The translations under genes were made by a program, and so were the position numbers. A stretch of DNA of 63,559 bases, filler included, from Pirum gemmata (taxonomy: Eukaryota), in the NCBI GenBank assembly GCA_002812295.1. It is 17 parts of 17 records of this genome, joined end to end, with 100 filler letters (N's around TTAATTAATTAA, not from the genome) between each part and the next. Parts side by side here need not be neighbours in the genome. Positions count along the whole stretch, not along the records: positions 60,521 to 63,559 come from PDIN01002278.1; 16 more parts are not named here. The stretch is one strand, 5' to 3'. The first letter of the stretch is position 1; the number at the start of each line of letters is the position of its first letter. The notes under the pieces were generated by a model. That model saw nothing but the letters and a program-made list of their open reading frames with translations, was not told the DNA's origin and searched no databases. Positions 61,601 to 63,559 of the stretch are shown piece after piece.

Positions 61601-62614
61601 CACTCCCTTGTCCTATTAAAGTTAAAAATTTGATTTTCGCTTGTTATATAGATTAGAAATAGACTATTGGGTTGTTCCACTGTTGTTCCACTGTTGTTCC
61701 TTTTATTTTTAAAATTTTTTAAAAATAATAATATTGTATCAATAGATTACAGCGTAGACGGTAGACAGCGTAGCTGTCACTTGCCTATCAGTGGTTTCAA
61801 GACTCAAGTTTATTTTTTTATTTAGCTTACAGTTAGTATAGGATAGGCCTGTTAGTATGTATGATAAGAAAACTGTTAGTAGCTTGCTAGCTAGCTAGCT
61901 ATCGATAAGACTATACGTGTTATTCCTGTGGTTGTTTGTTATTCTTGTGGTTGTAGTCTTGTAGGGCTACCCACGGTGGGTCATAGACTAATGTAGCTAG
62001 CTACTACTAACTAGTCCTATCGATAGCTGGCTAGCTAGCTAGTAGTAGGAGCTAGCTATCAATACATAAAACAGCTATCATAATATTGTTCATAATATAA
62101 AAAGTCTAGCTTTATTTTATAATTAAAAATAGACTAGTATGACAGAATAGAAAAATAAAAATGCACCTACTAGTAGCTAGCTAGCTACTGGTGGTCTCGC
62201 CTCTGGTCTTTTCTACATTGACCTCAACCAAAATCCTAACCCCTTACTAACCCTATATATAACCCTACCCCTACCCCTAACCCTACCCCTAACCCTAACC
62301 CTACCCCTAACCCTAACCCTACCCCTAACCCTAACCCTAAATGTATCATATTATATAGTTTTTTAACGTTTGTTCTTGAAATAATTTTTAGTTTGACCAA
62401 GGACTTCAAAAAAAAAGACTTGGTTTGACTCATAAAAAGAGAGGACGAGTCTAGCTACTACTAGCTAGCTAGCTAGCTAGCTAGAGCTAGAGGTAGCTAG
62501 TCTAGCTAGGAATTTTTTTCATTACTATATATGAATGTGGTTCTCCAAAAATAGAATTCAAATGGATAAAACTATCTAAAAAAGGTAACTCTATAAGTAT
62601 TTTTGGTAAACTAA

Positions 62615-62766
62615 GGGAGCGTTCAAATACTACGTAACGCCAATTCCCAGTCAAATACAGCTTCAAATACCCCTACCTAGTACCTACCTACCCCTCGACG
62701 TTAATTTCCGGTCAAATACCACCTACCTACCTACTCCTTGACGTGACGTATTATTTGAACGCTCCC
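62615..62766. mobile_element. MITE family B, PIF/Harbinger (Tourist)-like, 152 bp
   Basis: TAA|GGGAGCGTTCAAATA ... TATTTGAACGCTCCC|TAA (3-bp TAA TSD, GGG ends). Copies at 61463-61607, about 3285-3412, 15398-15528 and 34367-34507; subfamily ends at 3599-3641 and 14680-14756. Confidence 0.92.
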
Positions 62767-63559
62767 TAAAGTCTAACTAAGTGTTCAAAACTAGGTAGTA
62801 GCTAGAGCTCTAGCTAGAGTAGTTTAGTAGACCCCTTTAGCTAGCTAGTAGTGTAGTCAAGCTGTCGTAATGACTCGTATCTATGATACTATCCGTATGA
62901 TACCTGGTAGGGTAGTAGACTTTCATCATACTATCGTGCTTTTCAGTTGTTTTGTTATCATAAAATACCAAATTAATATAAAACAAATCCATTTCATTTA
63001 ATTTGGTATAATTTATTATATATTTATTTATTTAAAAGTATCATTTTAAATATTATAACCAACCAAATAAATATTCGGAGTGACAAAATAAATGAAAAGC
63101 GGTATAGTCTAGCTAGACTCTAGCTAGAAAGAACATAATAATATTATCATATCGATACTCTATAGTCTTTAGTTGCTTTTCAGTGGTTTTGTAATATCAT
63201 AAAATATACAATAAATGATACCAAATTAATATAATATAAAACCATTTCATTTAATTTGGTATATTTTATTATATATTTATTTATTTAAAAGTATCATTTT
63301 AAATATTATAAACAACCAAATAAATATTCGGAGTGAAAAAATAANNNNNNNNNNNNNNNNNNNNNNNNNNNNNNNNNNNNNNNNNNNNNNNNNNNNNNNN
63401 NNNNNNNNNNNNNNNNNNNNNNNNNNNNNNNNNNNNNNNNTCATTTAATTTGGTATATTTTATTATATATTTATTTATTTAAAAGTATCAATTTAAATAT
63501 TATAAACAGCCAAATAAATATTCGGAGTGACCAAATAAATGAAAAGCACAATACTATCA

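Overview
AT-rich eukaryotic DNA that is not one locus. It is 17 unrelated contigs of about 3.4-4.7 kb joined by an artificial 100-nt linker (44 N + TTAATTAATTAA + 44 N), so adjacency across linkers means nothing. SH3/SH2 proteins, a tyrosine-motif receptor tail, an NRBF2-like gene and TTAGGG repeats suggest a unicellular holozoan such as an ichthyosporean (inference only). Spliced genes rebuilt by hand: an 8-exon DUF642-like plus Cys-rich extracellular protein, FCF2, an RRM first exon, a beta/gamma-crystallin-like last exon, a type I membrane protein last exon, an ARF6-like last exon, a PacC/Rim101-like C2H2 factor and an NRBF2/Atg38-like gene. Single-ORF genes: a bacterial-type GH17 glucanase, an EsV-1-7-repeat protein with RGRK repeats, a GBP/atlastin-like GTPase with a signal-like N-terminus, and an SH3/SH2 protein. 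There is one tRNA-Ile(AAT). Intergenic DNA is packed with at least 8 MITE families. The most notable observations are: (1) intergenic tracts that parse into TA-delimited words matching the termini of local TA-flanked MITEs, i.e. apparent stacked excision footprints; (2) telomeric repeats in introns near the branch-point position, fused to truncated copies of the next exon; (3) a structured 113-nt candidate ncRNA directly downstream of the tRNA.
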